Source: Obrimoposthia wandeli
Taxonomy: Eukaryota
Reading direction: 5' to 3'
Assembly: GCA_977020255.1 (NCBI GenBank)
Contig: CDROCS010000253.1
Location: 1,860,001 to 1,924,000, forward strand
Length of the DNA: 64,000 nucleotides
Shown: piece by piece, positions 27,320 to 36,781 of the stretch
How the letters are laid out: each line of letters begins with the position of its first letter
How positions within the stretch are numbered: the first letter of the stretch is position 1
Program-made: the position numbers and the translations under genes
Notes under the pieces: generated by a model
The model's input: the letters and a program-made list of their open reading frames with translations, nothing else
What the model was told of the DNA's origin: nothing
The model's database searches: none

Positions 27320-28630
27320 ATGGAAATTTTAGTAATAGGCCTTATATTTTTAATTTTATTATTATTGATTGTATGGCGACCTTTCTTTAAACAGAAGTCA
27401 CAAGATGTTCGTGTCGATAGTAGTTTGCGTGATGAAACTAATATCCGCTTATATCATGAACATAAAAAAGAGATAGAAAAAGATTACGGCGAAGGGGGTA
27501 TTGATGAGGAAAACTATCAATACCTATTGGCTGAACTTGATAATACCTTATTGCAAGATATAGAAAGCACCTCAACAGAAGTAAAAGTTACCACTACGGT
27601 AACTAAGTCATATTCTCCTTTTTGGCCACTAGGATTAAGTGTTTTTATTATCATTTTCTCGGTAGCACTTTATAACAAACAAGGCAGTTACAAACTCATT
27701 ACCCAATTGCCTACAGGACATGGTCAACAACAAGCTCAGTCACAAGAGGATATGCTAAAGCAGCGTGAAATTGATGCGATGGCACATATTGAAAAACTGC
27801 AGCAACACATTGAATCAAAACCTGAAGATAGTGAAGCTTGGTATAACTTAGGGCAAACCTATGTTGCTGTTGGCGGTTTCGATGAAGCAGTTATCGCATT
27901 TACCCGAGTGATAAGAATTGAAGGCGAACATGCTGATATATTAGGTGCTATTGCCCAAGCACTTTATTATAAAAATGAGCAAAAAATTAGTACAGAAGTA
28001 CAAGGATATATTGATAAAGCATTGGCCCTTGATATAAATGATCCATCAACCAATATTTTATTAGGTATGCATAATTTTATTGGTGAAAATTATCAACAAG
28101 CGATAACCCATTGGCAGCGTGTTATTGATTCAAAGAATCAAGGCGTTAATATTGCAGCGCTTACAGAAGCGGTAGCAGAAGCTAAAAACAGACTCGGTAT
28201 TTCATCAAGTAGCTCAACGGGTCAGTCAGCAAGTAGTGCAGTAGATACTCCAGCAGATAGAGCACAAGCTATTGCAGGTCCCCAATTAAAAGTGAGTGTT
28301 AGCTTATCAGATGATATTGCCAAGCAGCTAGCACAGGGGGAAGACCGTGTCGTATTCATTTATGCGGTGCCAACCAATGGTCAGCGTATGCCCCTTGCTG
28401 CTGTTAAAATGAAAGCCAGCGATTTACCTACTGTCGTTGTGTTGAATAATAGCCAAGCAATGAGCAGTGCGAATAACTTAGGCAGTGTAGAAAAAGTACA
28501 TGTATATGCCATTGTTTCAATGCAAGGTGGTGTTGGTATTAAATCAGGTGACTTTAAAGCGGAGGCTTTAGGGGTTGATGTTAATCGCAGTGAAATACTT
28601 GAATTAGTAGTGAATAATCTGGTTGAGTAA
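27320..28630 (+). CDS. ccmI: Cytochrome c biogenesis TPR protein
   Basis: Two TMs, TPR repeats (EAWYNLG), C-terminal MPLAAVK domain. Confidence 0.88.
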   Translation: MEILVIGLIFLILLLLIVWRPFFKQKSQDVRVDSSLRDETNIRLYHEHKKEIEKDYGEGGIDEENYQYLLAELDNTLLQDIESTSTEVKVTTTVTKSYSPFWPLGLSVFIIIFSVALYNKQGSYKLITQLPTGHGQQQAQSQEDMLKQREIDAMAHIEKLQQHIESKPEDSEAWYNLGQTYVAVGGFDEAVIAFTRVIRIEGEHADILGAIAQALYYKNEQKISTEVQGYIDKALALDINDPSTNILLGMHNFIGENYQQAITHWQRVIDSKNQGVNIAALTEAVAEAKNRLGISSSSSTGQSASSAVDTPADRAQAIAGPQLKVSVSLSDDIAKQLAQGEDRVVFIYAVPTNGQRMPLAAVKMKASDLPTVVVLNNSQAMSSANNLGSVEKVHVYAIVSMQGGVGIKSGDFKAEALGVDVNRSEILELVVNNLVE

Positions 28631-28674
28631 ATCCTAGATTTACTCAATAACTTGAAATAAGAAGAAAAAGTCAT

Positions 28675-29739
28675 ATGAAGTCTCGCTTTAGTGCACGTAA
28701 AAATAATAGTGATAATGCTGCTGACGACCAGAAAACGGCAGCAACAGCAGTATTAATAACTAATTTAGGTTCACCTGATGAACCAACAACGAGTGCTGTA
28801 CGACGCTATTTGCGAGAATTTTTATCTGATAGGCGTGTAGTAGAGATCCCGCGCTTAATTTGGCTTTTAATTTTACACAGTATTATTTTACGCATTAGGC
28901 CAGCAAAATCGGCTAAGTTATACCAAACGGTATGGCAAGAGGATGGTGCTCCTTTATTAAGTATTACCGCTGCGCAAAAAGTAAAACTGGCAGCAAAAAT
29001 TAAGTCCAAATACGGTGAAAATGTCGTTGTTGATTTTGCTATGCGTTATGGTAATCCATCAGTGGCAAGTGTATTACAAAAATTTCAGCAACAAGGTGTT
29101 GATAAAATTGTTGTGTTACCTTTATATCCTCAATATGCGGGCCCTACAACAGCGTCTACTTTCGATGCTGTTAGTAAAGAATTACAAAAGTGGCGCTATA
29201 TACCATCGATACACTTTTTAAATACCTATCATAACAATCCACTCTATATTCAAGCGTTAGTCGATACAGTAAAAGAGCATGTTGCAAGCCATGGCAAACC
29301 ACAGCGCTTAGTACTGTCATATCATGGTATGCCGGAACTATTTCGTCAGTGGGGTGACCCCTATTATGATTTATGTCATGAAACAACGATACTTGTTAAA
29401 GAGATATTGCTTGATAGTGACTTAGGTTTTACTGATGATGAAATTATCATGACCTTTCAATCACGTTTTGGTAAGGCTGAGTGGCTTAAACCTTACACTG
29501 ATGTAACCCTTGGAAAACTTCCTGAGCAAGGTATAAAACACGTTGCTATCATGAGCCCAGCATTTAGTGCGGACTGTTTAGAAACACTTGAAGAGTTAAT
29601 TCACGAAAATAGCGAAGTTTTTTTAGCCGCTGGCGGTGAAAGCTATCATTATATTGCTGCGCTAAACGATCGTGATGACCATATTGATGCTTTGTTTGAC
29701 GTATTAGCGCCAACACTGGGTTCACCTGACCTTAACTAG
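28675..29739 (+). CDS. hemH: Ferrochelatase
   Basis: NLGSP, AMRYGNP, PLYPQY, SYHG, FQSRFG, ADCLETLEE. Confidence 0.95.
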   Translation: MKSRFSARKNNSDNAADDQKTAATAVLITNLGSPDEPTTSAVRRYLREFLSDRRVVEIPRLIWLLILHSIILRIRPAKSAKLYQTVWQEDGAPLLSITAAQKVKLAAKIKSKYGENVVVDFAMRYGNPSVASVLQKFQQQGVDKIVVLPLYPQYAGPTTASTFDAVSKELQKWRYIPSIHFLNTYHNNPLYIQALVDTVKEHVASHGKPQRLVLSYHGMPELFRQWGDPYYDLCHETTILVKEILLDSDLGFTDDEIIMTFQSRFGKAEWLKPYTDVTLGKLPEQGIKHVAIMSPAFSADCLETLEELIHENSEVFLAAGGESYHYIAALNDRDDHIDALFDVLAPTLGSPDLN

Positions 29740-29810
29740 CTACTGGTTAGGTACATTAGGTAAAGTGTTAGAAGAACAGTAGTAGGTACCAGCCAATTCG
29801 ATAAACTCAC

Positions 29811-29852
29811 TTGCTAAGGTATATAAAAATAGTATACTGTTTTTATATACAG
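29811..29852 (+). promoter_or_regulatory. SOS promoter with a LexA box
   Basis: TTGCTA-16-TATACT; CTGT-N8-ACAG (CTGTTTTTATATACAG, 29837-29852) overlaps the -10 box. Confidence 0.88.
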
Positions 29853-29871
29853 TTTTGGCGTTTGGTGGAAT

Positions 29872-30930
29872 ATGGGTAATCAGAAAAAAATCATTCACAT
29901 TGATATGGACTGCTTTTATGCTGCTGTTGAAATGCGAGATTTTCCTGAATATCAAAATATTCCCTTGGCTGTTGGTGGTGACGGCCCTCGTAGTGTCTTA
30001 TGTACCAGTAATTATCAAGCACGTCAGTTTGGTGTCCGTGCTGCTATGCCGGCGATTAAAGCTAAACAGCTTTGCCCACATCTTAAAATTGTTCATGGCC
30101 GCATGGATGTATATAAAGAAACTTCAAAACATATCAGAGAAATATTTTCTCGCTATACCGACCTCATAGAGCCTTTATCTTTAGATGAGGCTTATCTTGA
30201 TGTTACTGATGCAACCATGTGTCAGGGCAGTGCTACACTTATTGCTGAGCAAATTAGAGCGGACATATTTAATGAGCTAAACTTGACAGCATCGGCAGGT
30301 ATTGCACCTAATAAATTTTTGGCAAAAATTGCCAGTGACGAAAATAAACCGAATGGTCAATGTGTTATTACCCCTGATAAAGTAGCCAACTTTGTCGCAC
30401 AACTTTCACTAAAGAAAATACCCGGTATTGGTCCTAAAACATTTGAAAAGTTAAATAAGCATGGTTATGTAACCTGTGCGGATGTACGTAAAAGTGATAT
30501 CAGAACACTACAAAATATTGTTGGTAAATTTGCTAATAGTTTGTATTTAAAATCTCACGGCGTCGATAATAGAGCCCTAGAAGTCAGTCGACAACGAAAA
30601 TCGCTCGCCATCGAAACAACATTATCACAAGATATATCTACACAAGATGAGTGTCAGCTTGTTATAGAGTCTTTATATCAAAAATTACTCACTCGACTTG
30701 CACCTCACAGTAATAGAGAAATCATTAGGCAAGGAGTGAAGCTTAAGTTTACTGATTTTAATCAAACAACCGTGGAAACACAGAGCAACGAATGTCAGCA
30801 AGCCCTTTTTCTCAGTTTACTCTCAAAGGCATACAGCAGGGCGAATAAGCGAGGTATACGACTGGTTGGTTTAACGCTTGGTTTTGCTGATAGACCAGGT
30901 GAAAGCCAGCAGTTGTTGCTTTCGTTATAG
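29872..30930 (+). CDS. dinB: DNA polymerase IV (Y family)
   Basis: IIHIDMDCFYAAVE, LSLDEAYLD, NKFLAKIASD. Confidence 0.95.
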   Translation: MGNQKKIIHIDMDCFYAAVEMRDFPEYQNIPLAVGGDGPRSVLCTSNYQARQFGVRAAMPAIKAKQLCPHLKIVHGRMDVYKETSKHIREIFSRYTDLIEPLSLDEAYLDVTDATMCQGSATLIAEQIRADIFNELNLTASAGIAPNKFLAKIASDENKPNGQCVITPDKVANFVAQLSLKKIPGIGPKTFEKLNKHGYVTCADVRKSDIRTLQNIVGKFANSLYLKSHGVDNRALEVSRQRKSLAIETTLSQDISTQDECQLVIESLYQKLLTRLAPHSNREIIRQGVKLKFTDFNQTTVETQSNECQQALFLSLLSKAYSRANKRGIRLVGLTLGFADRPGESQQLLLSL

Positions 30931-31305
30931 CATCGAAGTATAAATAACGTTGAAAAAATGGCATTATATTATGGCGTTGGTATTAATTGAAACGAGGCTA
31001 TGGTCTGTTTCATATCGCCAATCAACGATACAAAAAAGGCGCCTGCGCAACAATTATCCAATAATTCCGTGAAAGTTGTGAAATTGATTGGTATCTTCAA
31101 GCTGAGCTTGCGTATAATAACGGCTTTAGTACCGTGCACTCTGTTGGTTAAAGTGGCACAAAAAGAACAAGCCAAGAACATTCGCTTTTACAATACCGTA
31201 GTTATTTCAGTGATGAAATTTGCGGTATTAGGCCAAAGCCATAATTAAATTGGTATAAAATAGACCCTTATTAACATAGACCTAAATCGATTTGTAGAGT
31301 ATCCC

Positions 31306-33912
31306 ATGATTAAAAGCACCGCCGAAGTCCGTCAGGCATTTTTAGATTTTTTTGCCACCAAACAACATCAAATAGTTAAAAGTAGCTCACTCGTTCCTGG
31401 TAATGATGCAACGTTATTGTTTACCAATGCGGGCATGGTTCCTTTTAAAGATGTATTTTTAGGTGCTGAAACACGTAGTTATACCCGAGCAACCTCTGCA
31501 CAACGTTGTGTACGAGCTGGTGGCAAGCATAACGATTTAGAAAATGTTGGCTACACTGCGCGCCATCATACCTTTTTTGAAATGATGGGTAACTTTAGCT
31601 TCGGTGATTATTTTAAAGAAGAAGCTATTTTCTTTGCTTGGAATTTCTTGACAGAGGTATTACAAATACCAAAAGAAAAACTTACTGTCACTGTTTTTGA
31701 CGAAGATGATGAAGCAGAACAGATTTGGATTGAAAAAGTTGGCGTTCCAGCCGAACGTGTTATTCGTATAGGCGCTAAGGATAACTTCTGGTCTATGGGT
31801 GACACCGGTCCTTGTGGCCCATGTTCTGAAATATTTTATGATCATGGTGCTGATGTTTTTGGTGGACCTCCAGGCTCACCAAATGAAGATGGCGATCGCT
31901 TTATTGAAATATGGAACATAGTCTTCATGCAATTTAATCGTCAAAATGACGGTACTATGGAGCCATTACCTAACCCATCTATTGACACAGGCATGGGCTT
32001 AGAGCGAATTTCTGCCATTATGCAAAATGTGCACAGCAACTATGAAATAGATATTTTCCAAGCATTAATTAAAGATACTGCAGCGTTACTTGGTTGTAGC
32101 GATCTTGAACATAAATCACTCCGTGTTATTAGTGATCATATTCGTTCATGTAGTTTTTTAATTGTAGATGGTGTTGTGCCGTCAAATGAAGGCCGTGGTT
32201 ATGTGCTTCGTCGTATTATACGTCGTGCTATTCGCCATGGTCATAAATTAGAAGCTAAAGATCATTTCTTCCATAAACTTGTTGCTTCATTAATCGAGCA
32301 AATGGGTGAGGCATACCCTGAGTTACTTCAGCAACAAGCGATAATTGAAAAGCTATTACGCATCGAAGAAGAGCAATTTGGTCGAACCCTAGATCGCGGT
32401 ATGCTGCTACTTGAAGATATCCTAGATAACTTGTCTGGCGATACCATTAAAGGCGATGATGTCTTTAAGCTCTATGATACTTATGGTTTTCCTGCAGATT
32501 TGACGGCAGATATTGCTCGCGAACGTCAGTTGAAAATTGATCATAATGGTTTTGATGTAGCAATGGGTCTACAGCGCGAACGCGCACAACAAGCTAGCCA
32601 ATTTGGTACTGATTACAATAAGCAGCTTAAATCTGATCATAGCACCGAGTTTAAAGGCTACGACAATGATTCATATTCAGCGACCGTGGTTGAGCTATTT
32701 AACAGCCAAGATCATGACCCAGTAAGTCAACTAAGCTCAGGTGAGCAAGGCATTGTAATACTGGATCATACGCCGTTTTACGCTGAGTCTGGTGGTCAAG
32801 TAGGTGATAGTGGTTTGTTACACCTTGACGGCGGAGTATTTGAAGTAACAGATACGGTTAAATTAGGTAATGCTTTTGCTCATCGAGGCACAGCGCGTAC
32901 TGATGTTGGTTTAAATCGACGTGTGAAAGCTGAGATAAATGTTGAGCGCAGAGCCGCGATTGTTAAGAACCATACCGCAACGCATTTATTGCATGAAGCT
33001 TTGCGTAAAGTATTAGGAGATCATGTTACTCAGAAAGGTTCATTATGTGATAGTGATAAATTACGTTTTGACTTCTCTCATTTTGAAGGTGTTACAGCGC
33101 AAGAGTTACATGCGGTTGAAGCAATGGTTAATAATGAAATTCGTCGTAACCACTTAAAACAAACTGAATCAATGTATATTGAAGACGCTAAAGAAAAAGG
33201 TGCTATGGCACTCTTTGGTGAGAAGTATGATGATGAAGTGCGTGTCGTAACCTTAGGTGACTTTTCATTGGAGCTTTGTGGTGGTGTACATGTTAAAAGA
33301 ACAGGTGATATTGGTTTATTAAAAATTGTTTCTGAATCCGGTATCGCAGCAGGTGTCCGTCGTATCGAAGCGGTTACGGGAACCGGCGCACTTGATTTTA
33401 TTAATCGACAGACAGCCTCTTTAACTAATATTGCAGCGTTGGTTAAAACTGATGTTACCAATGCAAGTAGTAAAGTAGAGCAACTTGTGAGTCGCTCTAA
33501 GCAGCTAGAAAAAGAAATAGGACAGCTTAAACAGGAACTTGCTGCACAAGCAGGATCTGATTTAGTTAATAACACCATTGAAATTAATGGTGTTAAGGTA
33601 CTCATTGCAGATTTAGGTGGTGTGGAAAGTAAAGCACTTCGCGGCATGGTTGATGAGCTTAAAAACAAAATGCAATCAGGCGTTATTATGTTGGCAACAG
33701 CCAATGGTCCTAAAGTCGGCTTAATTGCCGGTGTTACCAAAGATTTAGTAGGCCGAGTGAAGGCTGGTGAACTGGTGAATATGGTTGCGCAACAAGTCGG
33801 TGGTAAAGGTGGTGGTCGTCCTGATATGGCGCAAGCAGGTGGTAGCCAGCCTGAAAACATAAGCTCAGCACTTGAAAGCGTCTCAGCATGGTTAACAGAA
33901 AAATTGAGTTAA
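31306..33912 (+). CDS. alaS: Alanine--tRNA ligase
   Basis: [26 protein letters not shown], editing motifs HxxxH and ELCGGVH, GGKGGG. Confidence 0.98.
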   Translation: MIKSTAEVRQAFLDFFATKQHQIVKSSSLVPGNDATLLFTNAGMVPFKDVFLGAETRSYTRATSAQRCVRAGGKHNDLENVGYTARHHTFFEMMGNFSFGDYFKEEAIFFAWNFLTEVLQIPKEKLTVTVFDEDDEAEQIWIEKVGVPAERVIRIGAKDNFWSMGDTGPCGPCSEIFYDHGADVFGGPPGSPNEDGDRFIEIWNIVFMQFNRQNDGTMEPLPNPSIDTGMGLERISAIMQNVHSNYEIDIFQALIKDTAALLGCSDLEHKSLRVISDHIRSCSFLIVDGVVPSNEGRGYVLRRIIRRAIRHGHKLEAKDHFFHKLVASLIEQMGEAYPELLQQQAIIEKLLRIEEEQFGRTLDRGMLLLEDILDNLSGDTIKGDDVFKLYDTYGFPADLTADIARERQLKIDHNGFDVAMGLQRERAQQASQFGTDYNKQLKSDHSTEFKGYDNDSYSATVVELFNSQDHDPVSQLSSGEQGIVILDHTPFYAESGGQVGDSGLLHLDGGVFEVTDTVKLGNAFAHRGTARTDVGLNRRVKAEINVERRAAIVKNHTATHLLHEALRKVLGDHVTQKGSLCDSDKLRFDFSHFEGVTAQELHAVEAMVNNEIRRNHLKQTESMYIEDAKEKGAMALFGEKYDDEVRVVTLGDFSLELCGGVHVKRTGDIGLLKIVSESGIAAGVRRIEAVTGTGALDFINRQTASLTNIAALVKTDVTNASSKVEQLVSRSKQLEKEIGQLKQELAAQAGSDLVNNTIEINGVKVLIADLGGVESKALRGMVDELKNKMQSGVIMLATANGPKVGLIAGVTKDLVGRVKAGELVNMVAQQVGGKGGGRPDMAQAGGSQPENISSALESVSAWLTEKLS

Positions 33913-33943
33913 AAGGCACTTTGAAAATAAAGAGTTAAGTAGA

Positions 33944-34207
33944 TATACCCGTTACCAATCAAGATGCATGTTTCAGAGTTTGTGAGCCATTTCAGTTTTA
34001 GGCGCAGCAATTAAATAATGGTTATTCCCTATTTGATTGCTGCAACAACAAAATGGGATGGCTCACAACCTTCTACGATGGGTTTTAAATGACTTTACCC
34101 CGCGTTAAATAATTAAACCATAGAATAACTATGCTTGAACTATTGACCTTAGCTAAAGTCATTTAAACTCCCACTGAAATCCTGCACTTTGAATGGTAGC
34201 GGGTATA
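33944..34207. mobile_element. ERIC-like miniature inverted-repeat element (subfamily B, 264 bp, more diverged)
   Basis: TATACCCGTTACCAATCAAGATGCA...CCTGCACTTTGAATGGTAGCGGGTATA; lies between the alaS stop and its terminator. Confidence 0.85.
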
Positions 34208-34213
34208 GAGACT

Positions 34214-34240
34214 AAAAAGGAAGCATTATGCTTCCTTTTT
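34214..34240. terminator. alaS terminator
   Basis: AAAAAGGAAGCA-TTA-TGCTTCCTTTTT. Confidence 0.85.
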
Positions 34241-34616
34241 GCATTTTAATGCCTTGTTATAAACCTACTAGTATTGCTGTTAATTACTGCAATTTTGTTA
34301 CTATCTAAATGAAACATAGAAAACATTACAAATGATCACAGCTTTGGCAGCAAAAATAAGCTATAAAGCTATTCAAGGATATGTAAATATTGCTAAAATA
34401 TGACCGTTTAATAGAGTAATAGTATCTTTTGTTACTCTTAATCGAAGTTTCATTGAAAATAACCATCGGATATGGTGTTTTTAGTGAATAATGACTTTTT
34501 ATAAAAAATTGACTATTAGTTATAGTGAATGGATTAAAAAAGTAGCTAATTCTAATATATTACTAGCTTATATATATTTACTTAGTGATCTCACTTTAAA
34601 GGATAAGGAAGAAAAT

Positions 34617-34814
34617 ATGCTTATATTAACAAGGCGCGTTGGTGAAACATTAATGATTGGTGACGAAGTTACCGTGACTGTTTTAGGCGTTAAAGGAAAT
34701 CAGGTAAGAATAGGTGTTAATGCGCCAAAAGAAATCTCAGTACATCGTGAAGAAATTTACATGCGCATTCAAGCTGAAAAAGGCGATAATGAAGAGTCAG
34801 GTAATAAAGTTTAA
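34617..34814 (+). CDS. csrA: Carbon storage regulator
   Basis: [18 protein letters not shown]...SVHREEIY; true start ATG 34617 after AAGGA. Confidence 0.97.
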   Translation: MLILTRRVGETLMIGDEVTVTVLGVKGNQVRIGVNAPKEISVHREEIYMRIQAEKGDNEESGNKV

Positions 34815-34889
34815 TAAACCTCTCATCATTTAGTCGATTGTTAGCGTATCTGGGAAATAGTTTTATATATAAACCGGTATGTAACAGTT

Positions 34890-34918
34890 AAAAAACACCG
34901 CTTAGGCGGTGTTTTTTT
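34890..34918. terminator. csrA terminator
   Basis: AAAAAACACCGC-TTAG-GCGGTGTTTTTT. Confidence 0.88.
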
Positions 34919-35010
34919 ATACCTTGCACTTAGTTAATGATTAAAAAATAACATATTTGACTGAATTGTCAGCAAATGGAAAATTATACTAAATAAATAC
35001 TAAAAATTGT

Positions 35011-35045
35011 TTGACTTATTTTTAGAATCCCTTATTATTCGCACC
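35011..35045 (+). promoter_or_regulatory. Stable-RNA-type sigma70 promoter of the tRNA array
   Basis: TTGACT-16 bp-TATTAT, GC-rich discriminator TCGCACC, AT-rich upstream tract. Confidence 0.75.
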
Positions 35046-35049
35046 CATT

Positions 35050-35122
35050 GGAGAGGTGACCAAGTGGTCGAAGACGCTCGCCTGCTAAGGAAGTATCTGG
35101 TTTGCAGCCGGATAGAGGGTTC
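35050..35122 (+). pseudogene. Degenerate tRNA-Ser(GCT), truncated in the T loop
   Basis: Aligns to intact 36149-36241 with many substitutions; ends after GAGGGTTC; no 3' acceptor strand or CCA. Confidence 0.85.
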
Positions 35123-35181
35123 TTATCTAAGGTGTATTTTAATGCGCATTAGTACTCAACAATAAAGAAGTAAAAGAAAAT

Positions 35182-35273
35182 GGAGAGCTGGCCGAGTGGC
35201 CGAAGGCGCTCCCCTGCTAAGGGAGTAACGGCTTTAAATCCGTTCGAGAGTTCGAATCTCTCGCTCTCCGCCA
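35182..35273 (+). tRNA. tRNA-Ser(GCT), isodecoder 1
   Basis: Acceptor GGAGAGC/GCTCTCC, anticodon arm CTCCC-CTGCTAA-GGGAG, long variable arm, GTTCGAAT, CCA. Confidence 0.95.
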
Positions 35274-35353
35274 TTTTCTTCTTATGAAGAATAATGGTTG
35301 TGTAGAATGAAAGTTCGCTATCTTTAGACTAAGATATAAAAAATAGTTCATGA

Positions 35354-35412
35354 GCGCGTGTAGCTCAGCTGGATAAATTTTATATTTTGATGGCTACGAG
35401 CAACGTTCGACT
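35354..35412 (+). pseudogene. Chimeric tRNA-Arg fragment
   Basis: GCGCGTGTAGCTCAGCTGGATA + spacer-like AT tract + GGCTACGA + GTTCGACT; no 3' acceptor strand. Confidence 0.7.
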
Positions 35413-35449
35413 ATCGGTTAAGTAACGATATAAAAAATAACTTTATTGA

Positions 35450-35526
35450 GGGCGTGTAGCTCAGCTGGATAGAGTACCTGGCTACGAACCAGGCGGTCGC
35501 AGGTTCGACTCCTGCCACGCCCACCA
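35450..35526 (+). tRNA. tRNA-Arg(ACG) copy 1
   Basis: 77 nt, CCTGG-CTACGAA-CCAGG, GGTTCGACTCC, ACCA. Confidence 0.96.
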
Positions 35527-35590
35527 CTTTCTTCAAGTGGTAAAATAATGAAGGCAGCTATTGTTAAAGCTGGATAAAATTTTAAACTTT

Positions 35591-35667
35591 GGGCGTGTAG
35601 CTCAGCTGGATAGAGTACCTGGCTACGAACCAGGCGGTCGCAGGTTCGACTCCTGCCACGCCCACCA
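35591..35667 (+). tRNA. tRNA-Arg(ACG) copy 2
   Basis: Identical to copy 1. Confidence 0.96.
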
Positions 35668-35672
35668 CATCG

Positions 35673-35703
35673 AAAGCCCCACCTTTGTAGGTGGGGCTTT
35701 TTT
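35673..35703 (+). terminator. Terminator closing tRNA unit 1
   Basis: AAAGCCCCACCT-TTGT-AGGTGGGGCTTT plus T-run. Confidence 0.9.
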
Positions 35704-35797
35704 CGTTCTAAGGGTAGAGGCTGATGTTGCTTGATTTAAAGCACACTGTCGGTTTTTAGAATATAGATAATTGATTGTTACTGAGTTATTAATAGTA

Positions 35798-35875
35798 GCA
35801 GGTTCAAGTCTTACCTAGTTCGCACTTACTTCAAGTGATTAAATATAGAAGGGCAGTTTGTTAAGGCTGGATAAA
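35798..35875 (+). pseudogene. Highly decayed tRNA-Arg 3' end plus spacer remnant
   Basis: GCAGGTTCAAGTC...CACTTACTTCAAGTG...GCTGGATAA parallels the intact T arm plus inter-Arg spacer. Confidence 0.5.
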
Positions 35876-35887
35876 GACGTTTATGAA

Positions 35888-35964
35888 GGGCGCGTAGCTC
35901 AGCTGGATAGAGTACCTGGCTACGAACCAGGCGGTCGCAGGTTCGACTCCTGCCGCGCCCACCA
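35888..35964 (+). tRNA. tRNA-Arg(ACG) copy 3 (C6-G67 acceptor variant)
   Basis: GGGCGCG/CGCGCCC acceptor stem, otherwise as copy 1. Confidence 0.96.
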
Positions 35965-36009
35965 CTTTTTTCAAGTGGTAAAATAATGAAGATGGATGTT
36001 TCGTAGGAA

Positions 36010-36060
36010 TACGACCAAGCGCTGTTCAAGCAAAGGGTTCGACTCCTGCAGCGCCCACCA
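36010..36060 (+). pseudogene. tRNA-Arg 3'-half remnant
   Basis: TACGA...GGTTCGACTCCTGCAGCGCCCACCA followed by the standard post-Arg trailer; 5' half lost. Confidence 0.75.
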
Positions 36061-36148
36061 CTTTCTTCAAGTGGTAAAATAATGAAGAACTGCTTTTGTA
36101 AGGTTTAATAAAGATTTTTTTTAGAATACCTTATTATTTGCACCTATT

Positions 36149-36212
36149 GGAGAGGTGGCCGAGTGGCCGAAGGCGCTCCCCTGCTAAGGGAGTATCTGGT
36201 TTGTAGCCGGAT

Positions 36213-36241
<29 letters not shown>
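36149..36241 (+). tRNA. tRNA-Ser(GCT), isodecoder 2
   Basis: Acceptor GGAGAGG/CCTCTCC, GCT anticodon, variable arm different from isodecoder 1, CCA. Confidence 0.95.
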
Positions 36242-36243
<2 letters not shown>

Positions 36244-36321
36244 ATTTTTTTATGAAAAATGATGGTTGTGTAGAACAAAAATTCGTTATTTTTAGACTAA
36301 AATATAAAAAATAGTTCATGA

Positions 36322-36380
36322 GGGCGTGTAGCTTAGCTGGATAGATTGTATATTTTGATGGCTACGAATAACGTTCGACT
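36322..36380 (+). pseudogene. Second chimeric tRNA-Arg fragment
   Basis: Paralog of 35354-35412 within a duplicated spacer. Confidence 0.7.
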
Positions 36381-36417
36381 ATCGATTAAGTAACGATATA
36401 AAAAATAACTTTATTAA

Positions 36418-36494
36418 GGGCGTGTAGCTCAGCTGGATAGAGTACCTGGCTACGAACCAGGCGGTCGCAGGTTCGACTCCTGCCACGCCCACCA
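36418..36494 (+). tRNA. tRNA-Arg(ACG) copy 4
   Basis: Identical to copy 1. Confidence 0.96.
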
Positions 36495-36559
36495 CTTTCT
36501 TTAGGTGGTAAAATAATGAAGAGCAGCTATTGTTAAAGCTGGATAATATTTTATACTTC

Positions 36560-36636
36560 GGGCGCGTAGCTCAGCTGGATAGAGTACCTGGCTACGAACC
36601 AGGCGGTCGCAGGTTCGACTCCTGCCGCGCCCACCA
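36560..36636 (+). tRNA. tRNA-Arg(ACG) copy 5 (C6-G67 variant)
   Basis: Identical to copy 3. Confidence 0.96.
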
Positions 36637-36699
36637 CTTTCTTTAGGTGGTAAAATAATGAAGAGCAGTTATTGTAACGCTGGATAAATTTTATACTTT

Positions 36700-36776
36700 G
36701 GGCGTGTAGCTCAGCTGGATAGAGTACCTGGCTACGAACCAGGCGGTCGCAGGTTCGACTCCTGCCACGCCCACCA
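36700..36776 (+). tRNA. tRNA-Arg(ACG) copy 6
   Basis: Identical to copy 1. Confidence 0.96.
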
Positions 36777-36781
36777 AATCG

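Noticed and set aside
33078-33860. 260-aa minus-strand ORF
   Set aside because: Antisense shadow of alaS, with the Ser/Pro/Thr-rich composition typical of reverse-frame artefacts
34491-34616. Extended CsrA N-terminus (107 aa)
   Set aside because: CsrA begins MLILTRR and has an RBS at 34601-34610
35826-36029. 67-aa minus-strand ORF
   Set aside because: Antisense reading of a tRNA-Arg gene
35450-36776. Regularly spaced identical 77-bp repeats resembling a CRISPR array
   Set aside because: The repeats fold as complete tRNA-Arg(ACG), the spacers are homologous to each other, and no cas genes are present
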